A stretch of DNA of 60,158 nucleotides, taken from positions 1-60,158 of the forward strand of contig JBNKYJ010000145.1 in the NCBI GenBank assembly GCA_050300835.1, read 5' to 3'. This DNA is from Sedimenticolaceae bacterium. GTDB taxonomy: Bacteria; Pseudomonadota; Gammaproteobacteria; Chromatiales; Chromatiaceae. The position numbers and the translations under genes were made by a program. The notes under the pieces are model-generated. The model did not search any database and was not told the DNA's origin. It saw nothing but the letters and a program-made list of their open reading frames with translations. Position 1 is the first letter of the stretch. Each line of letters begins with the position of its first letter. Below are positions 1 through 8,315 of the stretch, in pieces.

Positions 1-303
1 TTCGTCAACGAAGAGAGCTGTCCCGGCATCAAGGCCGGCGGTCAGGCCAGTCATGTCATGTCCGACGTGGAGATCAGCTGCCTGCCCAAGGATCTGCCGG
101 AGTACATCGCGGTCGACATGTCGAAGCTGGAGATGGGCGCCATCCTGCACGCCTCCGAGCTGAGCCTGCCTGCCGGTGTTGAACTGGCCGCCAGCGATAC
201 CGGCGAAGACCCCATCGTGCTCACCATCCACACCACCCACAGAAATGTGGAAGAGGGTGAAGGCGAGGGCGAGGCAGAGGAGCCCGGCGAGGGCCAGAGC
301 TGA
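1..303 (+). CDS. rplY: 50S ribosomal protein L25/Ctc, 5'-truncated by the window edge
   Basis: Frame open from base 1 (FVNEESCPGIKAGG...VEISCLPKDLPEYIAVDMSKL), acidic tail, directly upstream of pth. Confidence 0.93.
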   Translation, partial: FVNEESCPGIKAGGQASHVMSDVEISCLPKDLPEYIAVDMSKLEMGAILHASELSLPAGVELAASDTGEDPIVLTIHTTHRNVEEGEGEGEAEEPGEGQS

Positions 304-348
304 TCCGCCAACCGAGTTGGGAGGGCAGTCGCCCTCCCCTCCTCTTCG

Positions 349-933
349 ATGCCAGCATCCCCCATCAGACTCATCGTCGGCCTGGGTAATCCGGGCAGCG
401 AGTACGAGGCCACCCGCCACAACGCCGGTTTCTGGTTTATCGAGCGCCTGGCACAGCGCCTCAATCAAAGTTTCAAACTCGAATCACGTCATCACGGCAT
501 GACCTGCCGAGCGCTGCTGCACGGGCATGAATGTCGTCTGCTGAAACCGACCACCTATATGAATCGCAGCGGCCAGGCGGTAGCCAGCCTGGCTCACTAT
601 TTCCGTATCGCCCCCGAAGAGATCCTGGTCGCCCATGACGAACTCGATCTGGTACCCGGAGAGGTCCGGCTCAAGACCGGCGGTGGACATGCGGGCCATA
701 ACGGACTGCGGGATATCATCAGCGCCCTAGGCAGCCGCGATTTCCACCGCCTTCGCATTGGTATCGATCACCCGGGCCACAGGGGTGATGTGGTCAACTA
801 TGTGCTGGGCCGCCCATCCCAGAGCGACCGGCAAGCTATTGAGGACGCCATCGATCGCAGCCTCGACAGCACCGAGGAGATCGTCGCCGGTGAACTGCAG
901 CGGGCCATGAACCGATTGCACACCAAACGCTAG
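349..933 (+). CDS. pth: Peptidyl-tRNA hydrolase
   Basis: LIVGLGNPG..Y..TRHNAGF, KPTTYMNRSG, HDELDL, GGHAGHNGLR motifs. Confidence 0.97.
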   Translation: MPASPIRLIVGLGNPGSEYEATRHNAGFWFIERLAQRLNQSFKLESRHHGMTCRALLHGHECRLLKPTTYMNRSGQAVASLAHYFRIAPEEILVAHDELDLVPGEVRLKTGGGHAGHNGLRDIISALGSRDFHRLRIGIDHPGHRGDVVNYVLGRPSQSDRQAIEDAIDRSLDSTEEIVAGELQRAMNRLHTKR

Positions 934-1156
934 CCCCCTGACACCCTATCGGCCCGCACCGGGCCTGCCTATCATGAGTGTATTGCACGCGAGAAGCGCG
1001 AAACGCCCACTGTGAATGCTCCTTACGGCCGAGGGGTGAGCTGCCCCCTTCAGCGCGGAGGGCGTCACATCCCCAAGGACGCCACTGGCTATATATTATG
1101 AAATGCTTATAATCTAACCATATCACTCAGTTATTGTTACCGGGAGCCCCCACCCA

Positions 1157-1918
1157 ATGCCGCTGCACCACACATTAATCTGGCTGATGCTTTTGCTGCC
1201 CGGCCTTGCGCTGGCGCAACCAAGCGACCCGAAGGCAGTCGAGTTGCTGCACAAGAGTGAAGCCCTGATGCGCTCCGACAAAACTGTGGCCGAGTACCGG
1301 GTCGACATCATCAGACCCGACTGGCAACGCACCATGACGTTCCGCAGTTACGACGATATGCGCAACGATCGCTTTCGCATGGAGATACTCACACCGCGCA
1401 AGACCAAGGGCACCATCTTTCTCAAGGTGGACAATACACTCTCGATGTACCTGCCGAAGCTGGAGCGCCGCATCAACATCTCGCCGGCCATGATGCAGGA
1501 TCCCTGGATGGGCTCGGATTTCAACAACCAGGACCTGCTGGAGACCGACTCACTGATCGACGACTACTCCCACAAGATCATCAGTCGCGAGGGCGATGGT
1601 GATCAGGCCGTGATCACCATTGAGTCGACGCCCTCTCCCGACGCCAAAGTGACCTGGAAAAAACTGATACAGCGGGTGCGAGCCGACGGCATGCCGTTGG
1701 AGCTGGAGTACCGCTGCGAACGCCGGGCCAACCGGCGTATGGTTTTCGATCAATTCAAGGAGATGGACGGCCGTACGATCCCGACCCGTTGGACCATGAC
1801 GCCCCTCGACAACGAGGGCAAGAGCACGGTCATCACCCTGACCCGCATCGATTTCGACGCCCCATTCGATGACAGCGTCTTCAGTCCGGAATCCCAGGGC
1901 ACCAAATCGGGGCCCTGA
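1157..1918 (+). CDS. Outer membrane lipoprotein-sorting protein (LolA-like family), secreted
   Basis: Signal peptide; KGTIFLK...MYLPKLERRINISPAMMQDPWMGSDFNNQDL; C-terminal IDFDAPFDDSVFS typical of LolA-like proteins. Confidence 0.85.
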   Translation: MPLHHTLIWLMLLLPGLALAQPSDPKAVELLHKSEALMRSDKTVAEYRVDIIRPDWQRTMTFRSYDDMRNDRFRMEILTPRKTKGTIFLKVDNTLSMYLPKLERRINISPAMMQDPWMGSDFNNQDLLETDSLIDDYSHKIISREGDGDQAVITIESTPSPDAKVTWKKLIQRVRADGMPLELEYRCERRANRRMVFDQFKEMDGRTIPTRWTMTPLDNEGKSTVITLTRIDFDAPFDDSVFSPESQGTKSGP

Positions 1919-1929
1919 CTTCGTATTCC

Positions 1930-3174
1930 ATGCCCAACACTCGCCGCCCAATCAACCGCGTCGTCTTGGCGGTAGCGCTGCGAAACCTGGTGGGGCATCT
2001 TCCACGGACCCTGCTCACCGTCGGCGCCATCGCCGTTGGCCTGGCGTCACTGATCTTTCTCTGGAGTTTCAACGACGGCCTCCACCGCAACATGCTGGGT
2101 AATTTCCAGAAGGCGATCATCGGCTCACTGCAGATCCATCACCAAGGCTTTTTCAAGCAACCCGAGCTTTCCGGTTACATCCGTAATCCTCAGCGGGTCG
2201 AAGACGCCCTGAAAAACAGTGACCTCCAGAACTACAGCCGCAGGCTCGAGTCCTTTGGTCTCGCCGCCTCAGACGACACCACCGAGGGAGTGATGCTGAT
2301 CGGTGTCGATCCGACCACCGAAAACCGGGTCACTGAGCTGTACAAACGCATCGGCATCGGTCGCTTCCTGCAGCCCGACGACAGTTACGCCTTGATCTTG
2401 GGCGAAACTACCGCCAACAACCTTCGGGTCAAGCTGGGCGACAATGTGATCATCGTGGGCTATGACCGTTACGGCGTCATGGTCGCCGAATCCTTCACCC
2501 TCATCGGTATCATTACCAGCGGTGAGATGGGTCTCGACCGGGGTATGGCCATCACCAGCCTCGATACCCTGCAGGAGATGGTCGACATGCCGGACCAGGT
2601 CACCACCTTCGTCATCCGGCTGCCGGAAAAACAGATCGCCACGGTGACCGACGAATTGCAAACCCGGCTAGAGGGTGAACAGCTCGAAGTCATGCCCTGG
2701 TATGTCATGTTCCCGGTGATGAAAGAGTGGGTCACGTTGCACAACGGCTTTCTCTATCTCTTTATCGGTGTGGTCCTGTTTATCGTCCTTGCCGGCGAGC
2801 TCAACACCCTTTTGCTCTCCATGTTGGAGCGTACCCGCGAGTTCGGCGTCCTGATGGCGATCGGCACCACACGCGCGGAGGTGGCGGCATTGCTGATTAC
2901 CGAAGCGTTGCTGATCGGTCTGCTCGGCACCTTTGGCGGTTTGCTTCTGGGATTTCTGATCGTCTTCGTCACCGGTCTCACCGGTATCGACCTCTCGATC
3001 CTGCTCGGCTCGACCACGCGCTTCTACGTCGATCCATTGGTTTACCCCCAACTCAACCTTGAACACTTCGGCGTCACCGTCATCGCCATCCTCGTCGCTT
3101 CAGTGGCGGCAGGCTTCTATCCGGCCTGGCGTGCCAGCCTGCTGCAGCCGGCGGAGGCCATCCGCAATGGCTAA
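1930..3174 (+). CDS. ABC transporter permease, FtsX/MacB/LolE-like
   Basis: ALRNL..RTLLT N-terminal TM, large periplasmic domain, ERTREFGVLMAIG, YPAWRA..L.PAEAIR. Confidence 0.9.
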   Translation: MPNTRRPINRVVLAVALRNLVGHLPRTLLTVGAIAVGLASLIFLWSFNDGLHRNMLGNFQKAIIGSLQIHHQGFFKQPELSGYIRNPQRVEDALKNSDLQNYSRRLESFGLAASDDTTEGVMLIGVDPTTENRVTELYKRIGIGRFLQPDDSYALILGETTANNLRVKLGDNVIIVGYDRYGVMVAESFTLIGIITSGEMGLDRGMAITSLDTLQEMVDMPDQVTTFVIRLPEKQIATVTDELQTRLEGEQLEVMPWYVMFPVMKEWVTLHNGFLYLFIGVVLFIVLAGELNTLLLSMLERTREFGVLMAIGTTRAEVAALLITEALLIGLLGTFGGLLLGFLIVFVTGLTGIDLSILLGSTTRFYVDPLVYPQLNLEHFGVTVIAILVASVAAGFYPAWRASLLQPAEAIRNG

Positions 3175-4417
3175 GACTTCCCACCTCGGCCTGCTGACCT
3201 ATCTGCTGCTGGCGCTGCGTAACCTGCTGCGCAATCGACGTCGCACCATCATCACCCTACTGACCATGGTCTTCGGCATCGCCGTGCTGACGCTGCTCAG
3301 CGCGCTCAACGATGGCTGGCTCAGTCAAATGAAGACCAACTTCATCCTCAGCTACACCGGCCATGTGCAGATCCATGCCAAGGGTTTCGAAGCCTCACAA
3401 AATTTGCGCGACAGTATCGCTGAACCCGATGAGGTGACGCGACTGATGCAGAGCTATCCGGAGATCAGCGGCTGGACGCAGAGAATCCGCACCTCCGGCC
3501 TGGCCTCCAACGGCGGCAGTAGCGCGGGGGTCCAGATCATGGCCACCGACTCGGAGCAGGAGTCCTGGGTGACATCGATGCATGAGCACGTGGTCGAAGG
3601 GGAGTGGCTCAGACCCGGGATGTCTAAGGACCTGTTGCTGGGCATCACCATTGCCCAGACCATCGGCGCGCGGATTGGCGATCGCGTCATCCTGATGGCA
3701 CAGCGTCCGAGCGGGGAGATGGTCTCCGAGGTCTTTCATCTTCTGGGCGTACTCGAAACCGGCGCCCCGCAGATCGATCGCACGCTGGCGTTGATCCCCC
3801 TCAACACCGCGCAAACCTGGCTGCAGATGGGCAAAGCGGTGACCGATATCGTAATCCGTGCCGATCGGCACGACGACACGGATCTGATCGTGCGCCTGTT
3901 TCGCCAGCAGTTGTCCGGAAACACCTACGAGATCATGCCCTGGCAGGAGCTCGATCCCATGGTCAGGCAATGGCTCGAATTCAGCGATGCCTACGGTTTC
4001 GTCATCATTCTCGTAGTGGTCATTCTGGTACTCACCGAGATCCTCAACACCATGCTGATCTCACTCCACGAGAGACAGAAGGAACTCGGCGTCATCGTCG
4101 CCATCGGCACCACCCGGTATCAGATTTTCACCATGCTGCTGTTGGAGGCGGTGATATTGATTCTGATCGGCGCCACCCTCGGCTACCTCGCCGGCAGTCT
4201 GTTGGTTTATGCTTTCGCAGAATCGGGCATCGATCTCACCAACTATGCCAATGCCTTCCAGTTCTTCTACATGAACCCGGTAATCTATCCGGAGTTGACT
4301 CAAAGCTCGGCCATGCGAATTCTCGGCGCAACCCTGGTTGCCGCCCTGCTGGCTGGTATCTATCCCGCCTGGAAGGCCACTCGATTGCGCCTGAGCCAGG
4401 CTTTGAGAATACAATAG
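3167..4417 (+). CDS. ABC transporter permease, FtsX/MacB/LolE-like (second subunit)
   Basis: ATG at 3167 overlaps the previous gene end; ALRNLLRNRRRT, ERQKELGVIVAIG, YPAWKATRL. Confidence 0.9.
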   Translation: MAKTSHLGLLTYLLLALRNLLRNRRRTIITLLTMVFGIAVLTLLSALNDGWLSQMKTNFILSYTGHVQIHAKGFEASQNLRDSIAEPDEVTRLMQSYPEISGWTQRIRTSGLASNGGSSAGVQIMATDSEQESWVTSMHEHVVEGEWLRPGMSKDLLLGITIAQTIGARIGDRVILMAQRPSGEMVSEVFHLLGVLETGAPQIDRTLALIPLNTAQTWLQMGKAVTDIVIRADRHDDTDLIVRLFRQQLSGNTYEIMPWQELDPMVRQWLEFSDAYGFVIILVVVILVLTEILNTMLISLHERQKELGVIVAIGTTRYQIFTMLLLEAVILILIGATLGYLAGSLLVYAFAESGIDLTNYANAFQFFYMNPVIYPELTQSSAMRILGATLVAALLAGIYPAWKATRLRLSQALRIQ

Positions 4418-4435
4418 GCACAAGGCGGGAACTTC

Positions 4436-5227
4436 ATGGAAAGCATCATAAGAACACGCGATCTGCACAAATGCTACTGGGTGGGCACCATGCCTTTCCC
4501 GGCGCTGCACGGTGTCAATCTGGATATAGAACCCGGCGAGTTCGCTGTTCTCGCCGGACGCTCAGGCTCCGGCAAAAGCACCCTCTTGAACATCATCGGC
4601 GCCATCGAATCCGCCGACAGCGGAAACGTCCAGGTCCTCGGCAAGGACATCATGGCCATGGACCATGACCAGCGCACCCGCTTCCGGCTCGACAACATAG
4701 GCTTCGTATTTCAGGCCTATAACCTGATCAGAGTACTCAGCGCCCGTGAGAACGTCGCCTACGTCTGTCAGCTGCAGGGGAAGAGCCGGCAGGAAAGTCT
4801 TGATATCGCCAACCATTGGTTGAAAGAGGTCGAGATCGAGCACCTTGGCTATCGACGTCCCGACCAGTTGTCCGGTGGTCAACAGCAGCGGGTCGCGGTC
4901 GCGCGTGCCCTGGCCTCAGAACCCAAGCTCATACTGGCCGACGAGCCAACCGCCAACCTCGATACACAGACCGGCCGTAATCTCATTTACTTGATGCAGA
5001 ATCTCAACCAGCGGCTGGGTACCACTTTCCTCATCTCTTCCCACGACCCCGATGTCAAAGCGGCCGCGAGCCGGCTTATCAAGCTCGCCGACGGTCAAAT
5101 CGTCGACGAATGGGACGCCATTCCCTCGCCGCCGATCTCCAATTTCGCTATCTGTCCGATGCAGAACAGGCCGCTGTTCGAACGTCTGCGTCTCGGCCTT
5201 AGGCGTCTACGCTCAGGTCGGCACTGA
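4436..5227 (+). CDS. ABC transporter ATP-binding protein, LolD/MacB-like
   Basis: Walker A GRSGSGKST, IGFVFQAYNL, LSGGQQQRVAVARAL, LADEPTANLD. Confidence 0.93.
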   Translation: MESIIRTRDLHKCYWVGTMPFPALHGVNLDIEPGEFAVLAGRSGSGKSTLLNIIGAIESADSGNVQVLGKDIMAMDHDQRTRFRLDNIGFVFQAYNLIRVLSARENVAYVCQLQGKSRQESLDIANHWLKEVEIEHLGYRRPDQLSGGQQQRVAVARALASEPKLILADEPTANLDTQTGRNLIYLMQNLNQRLGTTFLISSHDPDVKAAASRLIKLADGQIVDEWDAIPSPPISNFAICPMQNRPLFERLRLGLRRLRSGRH

Positions 5228-5330
5228 TCCGGCGCCGACGATCCGAGCTTCAGGCCAAGTCAGTATCATGCCTTGGCAAACCACAACCGCAGGTGTGACG
5301 ACGACAGTCGAGCCCTTTTGTTAACAACAG

Positions 5331-5355
5331 AAAAAAGCCGGCACTAGGCCGGCTT
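5331..5355. terminator. Intrinsic terminator between the convergent transporter operons
   Basis: AAAAAAGCCGG-CACTAGG-CCGGCTT hairpin; U-tract on the minus strand. Confidence 0.75.
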
Positions 5356-5380
5356 GAATGATCTGACCTGGATCCGATTG

Positions 5381-8209
5381 TCAGGCGTTCTTGTACTCGC
5401 CAAAGACGAATTTCGGCTTCAACCAGGCGACCAGCATGGGCAGTATGGTCAACGCGGTCACCACATCGATCAACAGCGCCTGACTGATATAGATACCGAG
5501 CCCCCAGGTGTTGGCCAGATCGGTATTGAGCAGCGGAATGAAACAGCCAAGCAGCACGATCACCGAGATGATCACCGCCGATCCGGTGGTATTCAGGGTG
5601 TTGACCAGTGATGTCTGCCAATCTCCGCCTGTGTTCTCCATCTCCTCTTTCAACCGCGACATCATGTAGATGCCGTAGTCGATACCCAGCCCCATGGCGA
5701 TGCTCAGGGCCACCTGCAGATGGAACGCCAGGTTACCCGACCAGTTCTTGATGCTGGTCATGTAGCCGCCGAGTCCATACTGGGCGTAAAGGGTGATGAA
5801 CAGCAGCACCATCAGAATGGCCGAGACCGTGATGGAGCGGAAGATCAAGGTTGCGATCACGAACACGGCGGCCGCCGTCAGCAACGGACCGGAGAGCCAG
5901 TTTTCGACCGCCACCTCACGGGTCGCCTCTGTAGCGCCGAGGAAGCCGCCGAGACCGGGCCGTACGTAGTTGGGACCGTCGACGGACAATTCGTTGGTAT
6001 CGCCGCTGAGATCGGACACCGGCCCGGAGCGAAGACCGAAGTTGACCTGGCTGAACCCGGGATCGTTCTTGTGATCTTCGATGTACTGTTGGATATCCAT
6101 GGTGACCTGGTGGGCCTCGACAGGATCCACCGTATTGATGAAGCCCATCACCACGCCTTCGTTCCAGTCCTTGCTGACGAAGGAGTCCATATCGCCCTCC
6201 TCGGTCATGATCTCCAGCAGACCGTTGTAGAGCTGTACCGTGGCGTTGCCGTTCCTGTCGTCCTCGGGATCGAGCTCCTTCAACTTCTTGGTCGTGGGAA
6301 TATAGAGGTCCTTGATGTCGGGCTGCACGCCGGGTTCAGCGGTCAGCAGCATGTTGACCAGTCGGATGTACTGGGCATAGGACCCGGTGAAACCGATGAA
6401 GGGGTGGGCACGCATCCACTCCTCCATGGCCTCCATATCGGCCAGCACGGTGGCCTGGTTGAAGACACCCTGAGGTCCGCAGGGGTCCGGATCCCAGCAA
6501 CCCAGCTCCGCCTTGTACTTCGCACACTGGGCAGCCTTCTCATCCGGATCTTGGATATCGTAGATCGTTTCCGGGAAATAGGTTTCGACACAGAGCTCAG
6601 TGATCGGCTTTTTACCGCGAATCGGGATCGACACCGAAATCACGCCCGGCATGATTTCGTTCAACCGGGTCATATGCTGGATGGTGATCGACTTCTCTTT
6701 GAACGCGGCACGCGAGTAATTGATGCCTTTCTCCACCCCCGGCATGATGTCGAACTCATCCTGTATCCGTGCCACCTCGGGATCACTGCGTCCGGACTCA
6801 CCGGCCATCATCGCTGACACACCACGAGCGATCTCCGAGTAGTAGGTGGACCAGGCGATAATCACCAGTACGATGACGATGGGTATGGCCCTGCCAGGAC
6901 CCTTCAGCATGCCGGAAATGATACCCCCTACCTTGGTCTCCCAGGCATGCTCGTGCCCTTCCGACACCTCGGAGGCACTGCACGGGAAGGTCATCATCAA
7001 CAGCGGGATCAGGGTGGTGGTGGTAAACAGCAGGGTCAGCATGCCGAACATGCCGAAGTAGGCATAGGCCTTGTAGAAGGAGATATCCACGGTTGCCAGG
7101 GTGGCAAAGCCGACCATGTCGGTAATGATCGACAGGGTGGCCGGCACGATGGTGTGGGAGATCGCCACTCTGGCCGCCGATTCACAGTCACCCGACTTGG
7201 CCTGTTCCTGCATGAAGCGTCGCGTGACCTGCACCGAGTGGCCGATACCGATGGCCAGCAGCAACATCGGCGTCAATACCATCATGGTGGTCAGCTTGAA
7301 GGCCGAGAAACCCATCAGGCCCAGCGTCAGGGCAATCGTGGCACTGACGCCGATGATGGGGAACAGGGAGCCCCGCCAGTTGCGGAACTCGAACCAGAAG
7401 GCGGCGATGACGATGGCAAAGGAGATGACGCAGAGCCACCACTTGTTGACCAGATCGGCCAACATCCAGGCCAGGAAATAGGGTTCGCCCGCTACCAGCG
7501 TGTCATAGCGATCGTCCTGCCCATACTCGTCCATCATGGCACGCACCTGGCGCACCCAAGGCAGATAGATGGCCTTCACGTCATCGGTGTAGTCGCCGAT
7601 GATGTAGAGTGACTTGGCCGTACAGTTCTTTTTATCCTTATCGGTAAATTCGCATTTGTTACCCTGCTCATCCTCGAAACCGACCAGCATCGGGCCAATC
7701 ACGGGATTGCCCTCTATGCCCTCTTTGAGGAAGGCCAACTGTTCGGCCGCCTCTTGCGGGTCCTCGCTGATACCCGCGGTCGGGATCAGGCGTTTGAACA
7801 CGAGTCCGTTCTCGTCCGCGCCCATGTACTTGATCTTCTTTGCCGCGATATCGATGAAGTTCGACTCTCGCGCCTCGGGCAGATCGATCAGGCGCTTGTG
7901 CAACTCCTGCACCTTGTTGACGAACCACCCCTGATAAACGTCACCCTCTTTGACGCGCAGGGTGAAAACCATGAGATTACCCATACCGAAGTTGTGTTCG
8001 GCATAGAGGTTGGTCGCCACATAGCGGTTGGTCGGGGGCAACAGGGTGTCGGGATCGTTGCGCATGTCCAGATTCTTGATCTGCAATGCGGCCACGATGG
8101 TCACCACCAACAGAATCAGCATCAATGGCCAGCGGAATTTAATGACGAAGTCCGCGTAATTCTGAGCCCAGGCGGGGACGGAATGTTGTTGGGAGTCTGA
8201 ACTACTCAT
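5381..8209 (-). CDS. MMPL/RND-family inner-membrane transporter
   Basis: 942 aa, two repeats of 1 TM + periplasmic domain + 5 TM; GLGIDYGIY motif; AGEPY, TGSAVIIS. Confidence 0.88.
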   Translation of the reverse strand: MSSSDSQQHSVPAWAQNYADFVIKFRWPLMLILLVVTIVAALQIKNLDMRNDPDTLLPPTNRYVATNLYAEHNFGMGNLMVFTLRVKEGDVYQGWFVNKVQELHKRLIDLPEARESNFIDIAAKKIKYMGADENGLVFKRLIPTAGISEDPQEAAEQLAFLKEGIEGNPVIGPMLVGFEDEQGNKCEFTDKDKKNCTAKSLYIIGDYTDDVKAIYLPWVRQVRAMMDEYGQDDRYDTLVAGEPYFLAWMLADLVNKWWLCVISFAIVIAAFWFEFRNWRGSLFPIIGVSATIALTLGLMGFSAFKLTTMMVLTPMLLLAIGIGHSVQVTRRFMQEQAKSGDCESAARVAISHTIVPATLSIITDMVGFATLATVDISFYKAYAYFGMFGMLTLLFTTTTLIPLLMMTFPCSASEVSEGHEHAWETKVGGIISGMLKGPGRAIPIVIVLVIIAWSTYYSEIARGVSAMMAGESGRSDPEVARIQDEFDIMPGVEKGINYSRAAFKEKSITIQHMTRLNEIMPGVISVSIPIRGKKPITELCVETYFPETIYDIQDPDEKAAQCAKYKAELGCWDPDPCGPQGVFNQATVLADMEAMEEWMRAHPFIGFTGSYAQYIRLVNMLLTAEPGVQPDIKDLYIPTTKKLKELDPEDDRNGNATVQLYNGLLEIMTEEGDMDSFVSKDWNEGVVMGFINTVDPVEAHQVTMDIQQYIEDHKNDPGFSQVNFGLRSGPVSDLSGDTNELSVDGPNYVRPGLGGFLGATEATREVAVENWLSGPLLTAAAVFVIATLIFRSITVSAILMVLLFITLYAQYGLGGYMTSIKNWSGNLAFHLQVALSIAMGLGIDYGIYMMSRLKEEMENTGGDWQTSLVNTLNTTGSAVIISVIVLLGCFIPLLNTDLANTWGLGIYISQALLIDVVTALTILPMLVAWLKPKFVFGEYKNA

Positions 8210-8243
8210 GGTCGTTGTCCGATATTTTTAGCTGCTTCAGTGT

Positions 8244-8279
8244 AAAAGGCAGGAGCCGGAAAGCATTCCGACTCCTGCC
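8244..8279 (-). terminator. Intra-operon hairpin with short U-tract after the barrel gene
   Basis: GGCAGGAGTCGGAA-TGCT-TTCCGGCTCCTGCC-TTTT on the minus strand. Confidence 0.6.
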
Positions 8280-8315
8280 CTGCAACAATCAAATGAATGG
8301 ATTCATGCTATGGCT

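Noticed and set aside
960-1085. Several short hairpins between pth and the LolA-like gene, considered as a riboswitch or tRNA
   Set aside because: No conserved riboswitch or tRNA motifs recognised, and the hairpins lie upstream of the probable AT-rich promoter.
1930-5227. Calling the ABC operon the housekeeping lolCDE
   Set aside because: Gene order (carrier-permease-permease-ATPase) and sequence features differ from canonical lolC-lolD-lolE, so no symbols were assigned.
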